Shown here: positions 8,697-17,854 of the stretch, piece by piece | Layout: the number at the start of each line of letters is the position of its first letter | Numbering within the stretch: position 1 is the stretch's first letter | DNA from: Acidimicrobiia bacterium | Lineage (GTDB): Bacteria; Actinomycetota; Acidimicrobiia; Acidimicrobiales; Ilumatobacteraceae | NCBI GenBank assembly: GCA_032117595.1 | Contig: JAULYZ010000087.1 | Span: forward strand, 665-64,664 | DNA length: 64,000 nucleotides | Direction: 5' to 3' | Notes under the pieces: model-generated | Database searches by the model: none | What the model saw: only the letters and a program-made list of their open reading frames with translations | What the model was told of the DNA's origin: nothing | Translations under genes and position numbers: made by a program

Positions 8697-9542
8697 ATGC
8701 GCTTCGCCTTCTCGACCGCTCCGCAGATGTGCACCTGGGAGGAGCTGTTGCCGATCTGGACCGCCGCCGACGAGGTGGAACTCTTCGAGAGCGGCTGGAC
8801 CTTCGACCACTTCGAGGCGATCTTCACCGGCAACCGCGCCGACCCCTGCATGGAGGGATGGATCACCCTGACCGCACTGTTGGCTGCCACGAGGCGCCTG
8901 CGCGGCGGGGTGCTCGTCACGGGCATGGTGTATCGGCACCCCGCTGTACTCGCGAACATGGCGGCGACGCTCGACCTCACCAGCGCAGGCCGGCTCGAAC
9001 TGGGTGTCGGCGCCGCATGGAACCTCGACGAGTGCGACGCCTATGGCATCGAACTCGGGACCATGACCGAGCGATTCGATCGCTTCGCCGAGGGACTCGA
9101 GGTGATCCGCCTGCTGCTCACCCAGGAGCGTTCCGACTTCGACGGGCGCTACTTCCAGCTGCAGGGCGCCTACTGCAATCCCAAGCCGCTCCAGCAGCCC
9201 TATCCGCCGATCACGATCGGCGGGCGGGGCGAGAAGCGGACGATTCCGCTCGTGGCGAAGTACGCACAGCACTGGAACTTCCCCGGGAACTCAGACGATC
9301 CCTTCGCCGAGTACCAACGCCTCGCGGCGGTCCTCGACGAGGAGTGCGCGCTGATCGGTCGAGATCCATCGGGGATCGTGCGCTCCGCGAACGTCTGGTC
9401 ACGGGACGGGCTCGACGCACTGGCACGTTCGGTGGACCGATATGCCGAACTCGGACTCGACCTGGTGATCGTCTCGATGCCGAGACCATTGCGCGTCGAC
9501 GATGTGTACGCGATCACCAAGGTCCTCGAGGCGCGGCGATGA
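8697..9542 (+). CDS. LLM-class F420-dependent oxidoreductase
   Basis: Luciferase-like monooxygenase pattern (WTFDHF, RLELGVGAAWN..E, PKPLQQPYPPITIGGRGEKRT). Leaderless-type TAGGTT lies 6 nt upstream of the ATG. Confidence 0.8.
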   Translation: MRFAFSTAPQMCTWEELLPIWTAADEVELFESGWTFDHFEAIFTGNRADPCMEGWITLTALLAATRRLRGGVLVTGMVYRHPAVLANMAATLDLTSAGRLELGVGAAWNLDECDAYGIELGTMTERFDRFAEGLEVIRLLLTQERSDFDGRYFQLQGAYCNPKPLQQPYPPITIGGRGEKRTIPLVAKYAQHWNFPGNSDDPFAEYQRLAAVLDEECALIGRDPSGIVRSANVWSRDGLDALARSVDRYAELGLDLVIVSMPRPLRVDDVYAITKVLEARR

Positions 9543-10477
9543 GCCGCCCGTTCAGGTTCGGGGTGATGACCTCGGGCAAACAGACGCAGGCCGACTGGCG
9601 CGACTTCGTCCGTCGGGTCGATTCGTTGGGCTACCACGTGTTGAACATGCCGAATCACCGTGCAGCTCCCGGGTTCTCGCCGTTGGTCGCGATGGCGTCG
9701 GCGGCCGAGATCAGTGACCGACTCCGGCTCGGCACGCTCGTGCTCGACAACGAGTCGGTCGATCCGGGCGTCATCGCCAAGGACACTGCGACGCTGGACG
9801 TGCTCTCGGGCGGTCGGCTCGAGGTGGGGATCGGGGCTGGCTGGCTTGCGGCCGACCACACGTCCATCGGCCAGCCGTGGCGGGGTGTCGGCGAACGCGT
9901 CGATCGACTCGCCGAGGCAATCGAAGTACTGAAGGCGTGCTGGTCGGGAGCCACAGCATCGAGGGAGGGTCGGCACTTCCCGCTCGATGGTGTCCGAAAC
10001 GACCCGCTCCCGGTGCAGCAGCCCGGTCCGCCGCTGCTCGTGGGTGGCGGCGGCGAGCGGGTGCTTCGCCTCGCAGCGCGCACGGCCGACATCGTGAGTC
10101 TCGTGCCGAACATGGCGGCAGGCCGACTCGGGCCCGAGTCGGCCGCCGACGGACGCGGTGACGCCACGGCGAGAAAGGTGTCGTGGGTGCACGAGGCTGC
10201 CGGCGAGCGGGCAGATGCAATCGAGTTGCACACGAACCTCACGCAGGTGATCGCCACCGACGACAGGGCGGCAGGACTTGCCAAGGTGAAGCGCGGCTAC
10301 GGCCTCGAGACGGACGCTGAAGCGCTCGCGGTTCCCCACGCCGTGGTGGGGACGGTCGCCCAGATGGCCGAGCAGTTGCTCGAGCGGCGTGCCACCTACG
10401 GGATCTCGTACTACACCGTCTTCGAAGCGGGTATGGAGGCCTTTGCCCCGGTGCTTGCCGAGCTCTCTGGTCGCTGA
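9539..10477 (+). CDS. LLM-class F420-dependent oxidoreductase
   Basis: MSRPFRFGVM.., RLEVGIGAGW, PVQQPGPPLLVGGGGERVLRLAAR. ATGA start/stop overlap with the preceding LLM gene. The long upstream part of ORF 8561-10477 is rejected. Confidence 0.8.
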   Translation: MSRPFRFGVMTSGKQTQADWRDFVRRVDSLGYHVLNMPNHRAAPGFSPLVAMASAAEISDRLRLGTLVLDNESVDPGVIAKDTATLDVLSGGRLEVGIGAGWLAADHTSIGQPWRGVGERVDRLAEAIEVLKACWSGATASREGRHFPLDGVRNDPLPVQQPGPPLLVGGGGERVLRLAARTADIVSLVPNMAAGRLGPESAADGRGDATARKVSWVHEAAGERADAIELHTNLTQVIATDDRAAGLAKVKRGYGLETDAEALAVPHAVVGTVAQMAEQLLERRATYGISYYTVFEAGMEAFAPVLAELSGR

Positions 10478-10495
10478 CCCGACCGGCGTGCCCGC

Positions 10496-10501
10496 TACGG
10501 T
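10496..10501 (+). promoter_or_regulatory. -10 hexamer TACGGT, leaderless-type, fabI
   Basis: TACGGT, 6 nt, ATG. Confidence 0.45.
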
Positions 10502-10507
10502 GGGCGC

Positions 10508-11275
10508 ATGGGCTTGCTCGACGGGAAGAACATCGTGATCACCGGCGTGCTCACCGATGCATCGCTGGCATTCGGCGTTGCCAGACTTGCTCAGGAGCAG
10601 GGTGCTCAGGTTGTGCTCACGGGGGCTGGGCGCGGTCTCAGCCTCACCGAGCGCACGGCGCGAAAGTTGCCCTCGCCGGCCCCGGTCTTCGAGTTCGATG
10701 TCACCTCGGTCGATCACGTGGCCGAGGTCCGCTCCCACGTCGCCACGCACTGGGGTCGCGTCGATGGCGTGCTCCACTCGATCGGCTTCGCGCCCGAGGT
10801 GTGCCTCGGTGACGACTTCATGGCCGCACAATGGTCCGACGTGTCGGTTGCGGTCCATGTGTCGGCGTACTCGCTCAAGGCGCTGGCCGACGCCTTCGTC
10901 CCGCTCATGGGAGGCGGAGGCTCGATCGTCGGGCTCGACTTCGACAACACCGTTGCGTGGCCTGCGTACAACTGGATGGGTGTCGCCAAGTCGGCCCTCG
11001 AGTCGACCAGCCGGTATCTCGCCAAGGAACTCGGGCCGAAGGGAATCCGCTGCAACCTCGTCGCCGCAGGGCCCATCAAGACCATGGCAGCCAAGTCCAT
11101 CCCCGGGTTCAAGAAGTTCGAGGACGTGTGGGACGACCGTGCGCCACTCGGCTGGAACGTGACGGACTCCTCGGCGGTTGCCCGCGCCTGCGTGGCACTG
11201 CTGAGCGACTGGTTCCCCGCCACCACCGGTGAGATCGTCCACGTCGATGGCGGCTACCACGCCGTCGGCGCCTGA
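10508..11275 (+). CDS. fabI: enoyl-[acyl-carrier-protein] reductase (NADH), InhA/FabI type
   Basis: MGLLDGKNIVITGV..SLAF, YNWMGVAKSALES (Y..K catalytic pair), IRCNLVAAGPIKT, GEIVHVDGGYH. Confidence 0.9.
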   Translation: MGLLDGKNIVITGVLTDASLAFGVARLAQEQGAQVVLTGAGRGLSLTERTARKLPSPAPVFEFDVTSVDHVAEVRSHVATHWGRVDGVLHSIGFAPEVCLGDDFMAAQWSDVSVAVHVSAYSLKALADAFVPLMGGGGSIVGLDFDNTVAWPAYNWMGVAKSALESTSRYLAKELGPKGIRCNLVAAGPIKTMAAKSIPGFKKFEDVWDDRAPLGWNVTDSSAVARACVALLSDWFPATTGEIVHVDGGYHAVGA

Positions 11276-11291
11276 GGAGCGCAGCACCACG

Positions 11292-11948
11292 ATGCAGATC
11301 GGGATTCTCGGCGGAACCGGCAGTGCAGGCAGCGGGCTCGGGGCCCGGCTTGCGTCGGTGGGTTATGACGTGATTCTCGGGTCGCGCTCGTCAGATCGAG
11401 CAATCGCTGCTGCCGACGAGATCATCTCCGAGCACCCCGAGCTCCGCGGTCGGATCCGGGGCGGTGACAACCATGCCGCCGCCGGTGCCGATGTGGTCGT
11501 GATTGCAACTCCTTGGGATTCGGCTGCCACCACCGCACGAGAAAACGAGGCTGCGCTCCGCGGAAAGGTCGTCATCTCGATGGCGAACGCGCTTGTTCGG
11601 GTGGGCAGCGAGTTCCAGCCGCTCGTCCCACCTCGCGGGAGTGTGGCGGCCCACGTGAGTGCAGCGGTGCCCGGTTGCCGCCTCGTGGCCGCCATGCACC
11701 ACCTCCCGGCGAAGGAGCTCGGTCGGATCGATCACCCGATCGACTCCGACGTGCTCATCTGTTCGGACGACCCGTCGGCGACTGCGGTGGTGATGGAGAT
11801 CGTGGATCGGATTCCCGGCTGCCGGCCCCTCGATGCTGGTGAGCTCTCGAACGCCATGGCGATCGAGGCCTTCACGGCGGTGCTGCTGCAGTTGAACGTC
11901 AAGTACAGGACCCGCGTGGCGCCAAAGCTCAACGGGATCAAGAACTGA
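11292..11948 (+). CDS. fno: NADPH-dependent F420 reductase
   Basis: MQIGILGGTGSAGSGLGARLA dinucleotide-binding N-terminus; about 218 aa. GAGGAG SD upstream of ATG 11292. Start at 11229 rejected because it overlaps fabI. Confidence 0.75.
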   Translation: MQIGILGGTGSAGSGLGARLASVGYDVILGSRSSDRAIAAADEIISEHPELRGRIRGGDNHAAAGADVVVIATPWDSAATTARENEAALRGKVVISMANALVRVGSEFQPLVPPRGSVAAHVSAAVPGCRLVAAMHHLPAKELGRIDHPIDSDVLICSDDPSATAVVMEIVDRIPGCRPLDAGELSNAMAIEAFTAVLLQLNVKYRTRVAPKLNGIKN

Positions 11949-11959
11949 GGCCCTGCAAG

Positions 11960-13090
11960 ATGGTGATGCGACTGTTCGATACCGCCCGGCAGGCCGTCGT
12001 GCCGTTCGAGCCGGGCCCCACGGTCCTGATGTACACGTGCGGCATCACGCCCTACGACGCAACGCACCTCGGTCACGCCGCCACCTTCATCGCCTACGAC
12101 GTGCTCCAGCGTCGACTCATCGACCTCGGCCACACCGTGAAGTGCGTGCGCAACGTCACCGATGTGGACGACCCGCTCTTCGCCAAGGCCCGACAGTTGG
12201 GCGTTCACTACCTCGACCTCGCAGCGGGCGAGGAGGCGCGCTTCGAGCGTGACATGGTGGCGCTCAACGCTCTCCCGGTGTACAGCACGCCCCGTGCTTC
12301 GTCGGCAATTCCCGACATCCGCGGCTTCATCGGCATGGTGCTCGACCGCGGGTATGCCTACCAAGCGGGGGGTTCGGTGTACTTCGACGTCACCAAGTTC
12401 CCCTCCTTCGGCCAGGTGAGCCACTACACCAATGACGAGATGATCGAGTTCGCCCGTGAGCGCGGTGGCGATGTCGACAACCCGGCGAAGCGTCACCCGC
12501 TCGACTTCGTGCTCTGGCAGCCGTCTGCGCCCGACGAACCTGCCTGGGACACCATGTGGGGCCCCGGTCGGCCCGGCTGGCACATCGAGTGCTCCGCCCT
12601 CGCCCTGCGCGAACTCGGCACCACCATCGACCTGCACGGCGGCGGGAGCGACCTCATCTTCCCGCACCACGAGTGCGAGCGCGCCCAGAGCGAGGCGGCC
12701 ACGGGCGAGCCCTTCGTGCGTCACTGGATGCACACCGCGATGATCTACATGAACGGACACAAGATGTCGAAGAGCCTCGGCAATCTGGTCTTCGTCGACC
12801 GTCTCCGCCAGACGTGGGATCCGCGGGCGATCCGTCTTGCCATCATCGAGCACCACTACCGCACACCGTGGGAGTGGGACGACTCGGTGATGCCGCGCAA
12901 TGCAGACCGTCTCGCCCGTTGGCGGACTGCTGCACGCGGTGGTGACGGTGAGGACGTGCTCGCGTCGGTGCGGGAGCGACTCGACGACGACCTCGACAGC
13001 GCAGGCGCAGTCGCCGAGGTTGATGCCGCCGCTGCTGCAGGCCGAAACGTCTGGCCCGCAGCGTCGTTGCTCGGCGTCGAGCTCGCATGA
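11960..13090 (+). CDS. mshC: cysteine:1D-myo-inosityl 2-amino-2-deoxy-alpha-D-glucopyranoside ligase (mycothiol ligase)
   Basis: CysRS-like class I core with HIGH-type ATHLGHAAT and an exact KMSKS, GWHIECSA, but only 376 aa with no anticodon-binding extension, as in MshC. Confidence 0.85.
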   Translation: MVMRLFDTARQAVVPFEPGPTVLMYTCGITPYDATHLGHAATFIAYDVLQRRLIDLGHTVKCVRNVTDVDDPLFAKARQLGVHYLDLAAGEEARFERDMVALNALPVYSTPRASSAIPDIRGFIGMVLDRGYAYQAGGSVYFDVTKFPSFGQVSHYTNDEMIEFARERGGDVDNPAKRHPLDFVLWQPSAPDEPAWDTMWGPGRPGWHIECSALALRELGTTIDLHGGGSDLIFPHHECERAQSEAATGEPFVRHWMHTAMIYMNGHKMSKSLGNLVFVDRLRQTWDPRAIRLAIIEHHYRTPWEWDDSVMPRNADRLARWRTAARGGDGEDVLASVRERLDDDLDSAGAVAEVDAAAAAGRNVWPAASLLGVELA

Positions 13091-13126
13091 CGCCGGGTTC
13101 CGGCAAACCGGCCGCAGCGAGCGTCG

Positions 13127-13132
13127 TACACT
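13127..13132 (+). promoter_or_regulatory. -10 hexamer TACACT, leaderless-type, acyltransferase 13139
   Basis: TACACT, 6 nt, ATG. Confidence 0.45.
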
Positions 13133-13138
13133 CCGGAC

Positions 13139-13864
13139 ATGACGATCCCCGAGTACCGGGGCGCGGGCCCCTCGCAGGACCGCTTGCGTGCCGTGCTGGC
13201 CCCGCTCGCCCGGTGCGTCTGGAAGATCCATCTCGAGGGCTTCGAACGTCTGCCGCAATCGGGTCCAGCCATTCTGTGTCCGAACCACATCTCGTTCATG
13301 GACTCAGCGTTCCTGATGCTCACTGTGCCGCGTCGGATCAGCTTTGTCGGCAAGGCCGAATACATGGGCTCCTGGAAGACGAAGTACTTCTTCCCGTTCA
13401 TGGGGATGATCCCGATCGATCGGGCCGGGGGTGAGCGAAGCCGCGCAGCGCTCGATGCAGCCGCAGCGGTGTTGCGCCGTGGTGAGCTGTTCGGCATCTA
13501 CCCGGAGGGCACCCGGAGTCGCGATGGAGTGCTGTACCGCGGGAGGACCGGCGCCGCGCGCCTGGCGGTCGACGTTGGATGCCGGATCTACCCGGTGGGC
13601 ATCGTGGGCACGGCTGAGATCCAGCCGCCCGATGCCCGAATCCCGAAGCCGTTGCGCTCGTGCAGTCTGCGAATCGGCCCTCCGATCGATCCGGCCAACT
13701 ATCCGTCGTCCGATACCGATCCGGGCGCGTTGCGATCGATCACCGACGACGTCATGCGCGCGATCCAGGCCCTGACCGGTCAGGAGTACCGCGACATCTA
13801 CGCAGGCACTGCGGACGACTCGGGGATCGGCGAGGGCGCCGGGGGCGCGGCCGCTCCGGACTGA
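13139..13864 (+). CDS. 1-acyl-sn-glycerol-3-phosphate (lysophospholipid) acyltransferase
   Basis: Acyltransferase motifs NHISFMD (HX4D), GMIPIDR, YPEGTRS. Confidence 0.85.
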   Translation: MTIPEYRGAGPSQDRLRAVLAPLARCVWKIHLEGFERLPQSGPAILCPNHISFMDSAFLMLTVPRRISFVGKAEYMGSWKTKYFFPFMGMIPIDRAGGERSRAALDAAAAVLRRGELFGIYPEGTRSRDGVLYRGRTGAARLAVDVGCRIYPVGIVGTAEIQPPDARIPKPLRSCSLRIGPPIDPANYPSSDTDPGALRSITDDVMRAIQALTGQEYRDIYAGTADDSGIGEGAGGAAAPD

Positions 13865-13914
13865 ACGAAACAACGCAGTTGGACTCGCGGCCTCTCAGTA
13901 GGCTCAACGGCCGT

Positions 13915-15888
13915 ATGTCAGAGATCGCTGTGTTGCTCCCCGATGGCTCGTCCCGCTCGCTGCCGGCCGGCGCAACGGCGTACGACCTCGCTGCGGCGAT
14001 CGGGTCCCGGCTCGCGAAGGCTGCGGTGGCGGCGGTGGTGGACGGCGAGGAGCGCGACCTCTCGTCGCCGTTGAGGAACGGCAGTCGGGTAGCGATCGTC
14101 ACCGAGGGCACCGATGAGGGCAGGCACGTGCTGCGTCACTCCACGGCACATGTTCTGGCGCAGGCGGTCATCCAACTGTTTCCGGGGGCCAAGTACACGA
14201 TCGGCCCGGCCATCGAGGACGGCTTCTATTACGACTTCGAGCTGCCCGGCGGTGCCACGTTCGCCGAAGACGACCTTGCACGCATCGAGGTGCGTATGCG
14301 CGAGATCATCAAGGCGAACCAGCCCTTCGTGCGCGACGAGCTGCCCGCTGGTGAGGCGCTCCGGGTGTTCGCCGACCAGCCCTACAAGTGCGAGATCATC
14401 GAGCGGGTCTCCTCGGGAGCCGCCGACGGCGCCGATTCCGGGGAGGTCGGCTCGGGCGAGACCATCAGCGTCTACCGGAACTCGGAGTCCTTCGTCGATC
14501 TGTGCCGTGGCCCGCATGTGCCCAGTACGGCGCGACTCGGGCACTTCAAGCTCATGAAGGTGGCCGGTGCGTACTGGCGGGGGAGCGAGAAGGGCCCGAT
14601 GCTGCAGCGCATCTACGGCACAGCCTGGGAGTCGAAAGATGCGCTGGCCGAGCACCTGCACCGCCTCGAGGAGGCCGAGAAGCGCGATCACCGCCGCCTC
14701 GCCACCGAACTCGACCTGCTGAGCTTTCCCCAGGAACTCGGCGGTGGGCTCGCTGTGTGGCACCCCAAGGGCGCGATTGTCCGCAAGCTCATGGAGGACT
14801 ACAGCCGCATCCGTCACCAGACGGGCGGTTATGAGTTCGTCTTCACGCCCCACCTCGCGAACGCCAACCTCTTCCAGACCTCGGGTCACCTCGACTTCTA
14901 CAAGGACGGCATGTACCCGGCGATGGAGATGGACAACGGTGTCTATTACCCCAAGCCGATGAACTGCCCGATGCACTGCCTCATCTACCGTTCGAGGCAG
15001 CGCTCGTACCGCGAATTGCCGCTGCGTCTCTTCGAGCTCGGGACTGTCTACCGCTACGAGCGGGCAGGCACCCTGCATGGCCTCATGCGTATTCGGGGCT
15101 TCACGCAGGACGACAGCCACATCTACTGCACCGAGGACCAGCTGCAGGACGAGATCGCGTCGCTGCTCGACTTCGTGATGAGCGTGCTGCGCACCTTCGG
15201 TTTCCACGAGTTCACCGCCAACCTCTCCACCAAGGACCCTGCCAAGTACGTCGGCGACGATGCGATCTGGGATCGCGCCACCGACGCGCTCCGGAATGCC
15301 CTCGAGCGCTACGGCCTCTCCTACAAGGTGAAAGAGGGCGACGCCGCCTTCTACGGACCCAAGATCGACATCGACGTGAAGGATGCGATCGGACGTACGT
15401 GGCAGTTGTCCACCATTCAGTGCGACTTCAACCTGCCCGAGCGATTCGGTCTGGAGTACGTGGGCGCCGACAGCGGCCGTCACCGGCCGATCATGCTGCA
15501 CCGCGCCCTGTTCGGGTCCGTCGAGCGCTTCTTCGGCGTGCTCGTCGAGCACTACGCGGGAGCGTTCCCAGCGTGGCTCGCCCCGGTGCAGGTGCGGGTG
15601 CTCCCGGTCGCAGCCAGTCACCAGCAGTACGCAGAGTCGATCATCGCCCGCCTCGCAGCGGCGGGCTTCCGCGCGGATCTCGTGGACTCGTCGGATCCGC
15701 TCGGAAAGCGGATCCGCAACGGAAAGCTCGAGAAGATTCCGTACGTCCTGGTGGTGGGCGACACCGACGTGTCGTCCGGCACGGTGGGCGTCAACCCGCG
15801 CGGCGGCGACGTCGAACGCGACGTGAGTGTCGATTCGTTCATCGAGCGGCTGCGCGCTGACGTTGCTGTCGCCAGCGTCGGTGCCTGA
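13915..15888 (+). CDS. thrS: threonine--tRNA ligase
   Basis: TGS N-terminus (IAVLLPDGS), editing-domain HSTAHVLAQA, class II core (YRYERAGTLHGLMRIRGFTQDDSHIY), anticodon-binding C-terminus. Start at MSEIAV; the upstream part of ORF 13660 overlaps the acyltransferase gene. Confidence 0.95.
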   Translation: MSEIAVLLPDGSSRSLPAGATAYDLAAAIGSRLAKAAVAAVVDGEERDLSSPLRNGSRVAIVTEGTDEGRHVLRHSTAHVLAQAVIQLFPGAKYTIGPAIEDGFYYDFELPGGATFAEDDLARIEVRMREIIKANQPFVRDELPAGEALRVFADQPYKCEIIERVSSGAADGADSGEVGSGETISVYRNSESFVDLCRGPHVPSTARLGHFKLMKVAGAYWRGSEKGPMLQRIYGTAWESKDALAEHLHRLEEAEKRDHRRLATELDLLSFPQELGGGLAVWHPKGAIVRKLMEDYSRIRHQTGGYEFVFTPHLANANLFQTSGHLDFYKDGMYPAMEMDNGVYYPKPMNCPMHCLIYRSRQRSYRELPLRLFELGTVYRYERAGTLHGLMRIRGFTQDDSHIYCTEDQLQDEIASLLDFVMSVLRTFGFHEFTANLSTKDPAKYVGDDAIWDRATDALRNALERYGLSYKVKEGDAAFYGPKIDIDVKDAIGRTWQLSTIQCDFNLPERFGLEYVGADSGRHRPIMLHRALFGSVERFFGVLVEHYAGAFPAWLAPVQVRVLPVAASHQQYAESIIARLAAAGFRADLVDSSDPLGKRIRNGKLEKIPYVLVVGDTDVSSGTVGVNPRGGDVERDVSVDSFIERLRADVAVASVGA

Positions 15889-15897
15889 TCACGTGTC

Positions 15898-16425
15898 ATG
15901 AGCGAAGTGGCGCGACTCTGGAACGGGTGGAGGAACGCGTATGTCACCTCGGCCGGTGCCGTTGGTGGCGTGGGGAGCGATGATGCATCGTCGGGTCGCG
16001 GTTCGGTGTTCACCCGGATCCTTGCCTCGGGTCTGAGCGACGACGAGACCTACATCGTCCATCGCGGGTCGGGGGTCTTCGTGATCCTCAACGCCTTTCC
16101 GTACTCCGTCGGGCACCTTCTCGTGCTGCCGTACCGCGAGGTGGCCGACCTCGAGATGCTGACGCCCGGCGAGACCACGGAGTTGTGGAGCACGGTGACC
16201 GACGCGGTGAGGGCACTCAAGGTTGCTTACCGACCCGACGGCGTCAACCTCGGCGTGAACCTCGGCAAGCCTGCAGGCGGGAGCGTGAGCCAGCACCTGC
16301 ACGTGCACGTGCTGCCGCGTTGGTCGGGCGACGTCAACTTCATGGAGGCGATCGCAAACACCCGCACGCTTCCCGAGGCCCTCGTCGACACGGCCGCCAA
16401 GGTTCGGGCGGCCTGGCCCCGGTAG
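15898..16425 (+). CDS. HIT-family protein (Rv2613c-like Ap4A phosphorylase type)
   Basis: VILNAFPYSVGHLLVLP and histidine triad SQHLHVHVLPRW. Conserved position directly after thrS. Confidence 0.85.
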   Translation: MSEVARLWNGWRNAYVTSAGAVGGVGSDDASSGRGSVFTRILASGLSDDETYIVHRGSGVFVILNAFPYSVGHLLVLPYREVADLEMLTPGETTELWSTVTDAVRALKVAYRPDGVNLGVNLGKPAGGSVSQHLHVHVLPRWSGDVNFMEAIANTRTLPEALVDTAAKVRAAWPR

Positions 16426-16442
16426 GGCCTGTGCTGCGCCGG

Positions 16443-16448
16443 TAGCGT
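16443..16448 (+). promoter_or_regulatory. -10 hexamer TAGCGT, leaderless-type, membrane protein 16451
   Basis: TAGCGT, then 5 nt to GTG 16454 or 8 nt to ATG 16457. Confidence 0.35.
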
Positions 16449-16450
16449 GA

Positions 16451-16954
16451 TTGGTGATGGAACCCGACGATGTCCGCGACGAACTTCCGTCTGACCTGAA
16501 CGCCGCCGGTTACGTCGGCCCCTACCGGTTCCCCGACAACTCCCGGCGCCGCATCCCGGGTGGGATCTACTTGGCGCTGGGCCTCGGGTGTCTGGTGCTG
16601 TGGATCGTTCGCTCCGGCGACGAACCCGTCTTCGTGAACCGGGGGATGCTGCTCGCTGCGGTGCTGCTCGGAATCGCCGGTGCGTTCTCGATCACCTCGG
16701 GATGGCGCATGCGCATCGACGAGAAAGAAGCGCTCGTGGTGGCCACACGCAGCGTCGGATTCCCCGTGGGGCATGCCTCTGCTCAACAGGTGTGGCGCGG
16801 ACTGCGGGCGAGGCCGACGTGGCGAGTGCTCTGCTACTCGGCCGAGGACCCCCCGCGGCGTCGCGGATTCGTGCTCGTCGACGCTGTCGACGGGCGGATG
16901 ATCGAGCAGATCACCGAGGACAACCCTGAGCAGGAGTGGGTCACCCCCGAGTGA
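16451..16954 (+). CDS. hypothetical membrane protein (two predicted TM helices)
   Basis: Hydrophobic stretches GGIYLALGLGCLVLWIV and LLAAVLLGIAGAFSI. Coding-like composition; no family recognised. TTG/GTG/ATG starts lie at 16451/16454/16457. Confidence 0.55.
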   Translation: MVMEPDDVRDELPSDLNAAGYVGPYRFPDNSRRRIPGGIYLALGLGCLVLWIVRSGDEPVFVNRGMLLAAVLLGIAGAFSITSGWRMRIDEKEALVVATRSVGFPVGHASAQQVWRGLRARPTWRVLCYSAEDPPRRRGFVLVDAVDGRMIEQITEDNPEQEWVTPE

Positions 16955-17821
16955 TCACGCCGGTGCTGCAACCGACCCGAGTGCAAGGAGTCGGTTTCTC
17001 GGCCCGTAGGCCGCAATGACGTAGAAGGTGCCCCGGACCGGTTTGGGATCGACAGCGACGAGCGGTCGTCCGGCACGGATCACGGCGATCCGGCGGCCCG
17101 CCGGCAACGTTCGGCCGTTCCACTTCTTGGTGCGCACGACGACGTAGCGCACGACGGAGCTGCCTGTTGGTGCAGCCCACGAAATGGTGGTCGCACCCGA
17201 CTGCAGCGCGGCATTCACGGTGAGTCTGCGCTGGGGCGTTGGTCGTGGCCGCCCGGTGGAGTTCGTGGCGGGCGGACCGTTCGGCGTCGATCTTGCGGGC
17301 GTCGTTGGCGTTGTCGACGGTGTCGTCGGCTGAGGGCCCGGTTGATTGATGGTGCTGTCGGGCGAAACAGCGCTCGTATCGGGGCCCGAGGAACTTCCTG
17401 ACCGCTCCAGCCGGCCGTCGCGCACCACGTACTCGCTCCTCGGCCCGACGAACACGCCACCGATGACCCCGCTCGCGCCCGGGCCCCCGAGCACGATGGC
17501 GCCCTCGGGGAGCGCCTCGCCGCCCTGGGCGGACAGGCTCTCCCCGTCGGGAAGCTCGACGGTGATGTCGCGTGCAGCAGCGACGACGGGCTGCACGCGC
17601 TCTGTCGACCTGCTGACAACGACGACCGACACCGAGGCAGCCGCAGCGAGCAGCACGGCTGCACCGCCCGCAGCGACGGAACGTGAGCGGCGCCGGGCCG
17701 AAGGCACCGATGTAGAGCGGCGCCAGTTCCGTTCAATCCGGGTTGCCGTGATCTCGTCGGGCGGCTCCACAGGCGACCGGCCGAGTTCGGTGAGCAGACG
17801 CTCGAGATCGTCGCGGTTCAT
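16955..17821 (-). CDS. putative anti-sigma factor (single TM, Pro/Thr linker, FN3-like C-terminal domain)
   Basis: Lies 33 nt downstream of the ECF sigma gene. Short cytoplasmic N-terminus, TM AAGGAAVLLAAAASVSVVVV, PT-rich linker, then ISWAAPTGSSVVRYVVVRT..GTFYVIAAYG (fibronectin-III-like pattern). Confidence 0.6.
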   Translation of the reverse strand: MNRDDLERLLTELGRSPVEPPDEITATRIERNWRRSTSVPSARRRSRSVAAGGAAVLLAAAASVSVVVVSRSTERVQPVVAAARDITVELPDGESLSAQGGEALPEGAIVLGGPGASGVIGGVFVGPRSEYVVRDGRLERSGSSSGPDTSAVSPDSTINQPGPQPTTPSTTPTTPARSTPNGPPATNSTGRPRPTPQRRLTVNAALQSGATTISWAAPTGSSVVRYVVVRTKKWNGRTLPAGRRIAVIRAGRPLVAVDPKPVRGTFYVIAAYGPRNRLLALGSVAAPA

Positions 17822-17854
17822 GAACGGCGACCTCCGCGGTGCATCCCCGGACGA

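Noticed and set aside
8561-9538. The long N-terminal extension of ORF 8561-10477. Similar upstream extensions occur in ORFs 13660, 20212, 22757, 23314, 27175, 29745, 33841, 39917, 56798 and 58943.
   Set aside because: The extensions overlap the preceding well-supported genes in another frame and are Arg/Pro-rich. Internal starts with an SD, a 4-nt overlap or a leaderless-type hexamer give canonical family N-termini.
13899-13904. TAGGCT upstream of thrS, and TAGGCT at 49203-49208 upstream of alaS, considered as leaderless promoters.
   Set aside because: The spacing to the ATG is 9-10 nt, and alaS has GGGAGG in between, so these more likely give very short leaders. They are not listed as leaderless features.
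16952-16957. The TGATCA palindrome where two convergent genes abut.
   Set aside because: It is simply the two stop codons (TGA on each strand) placed back to back. There is no extended symmetry around it.
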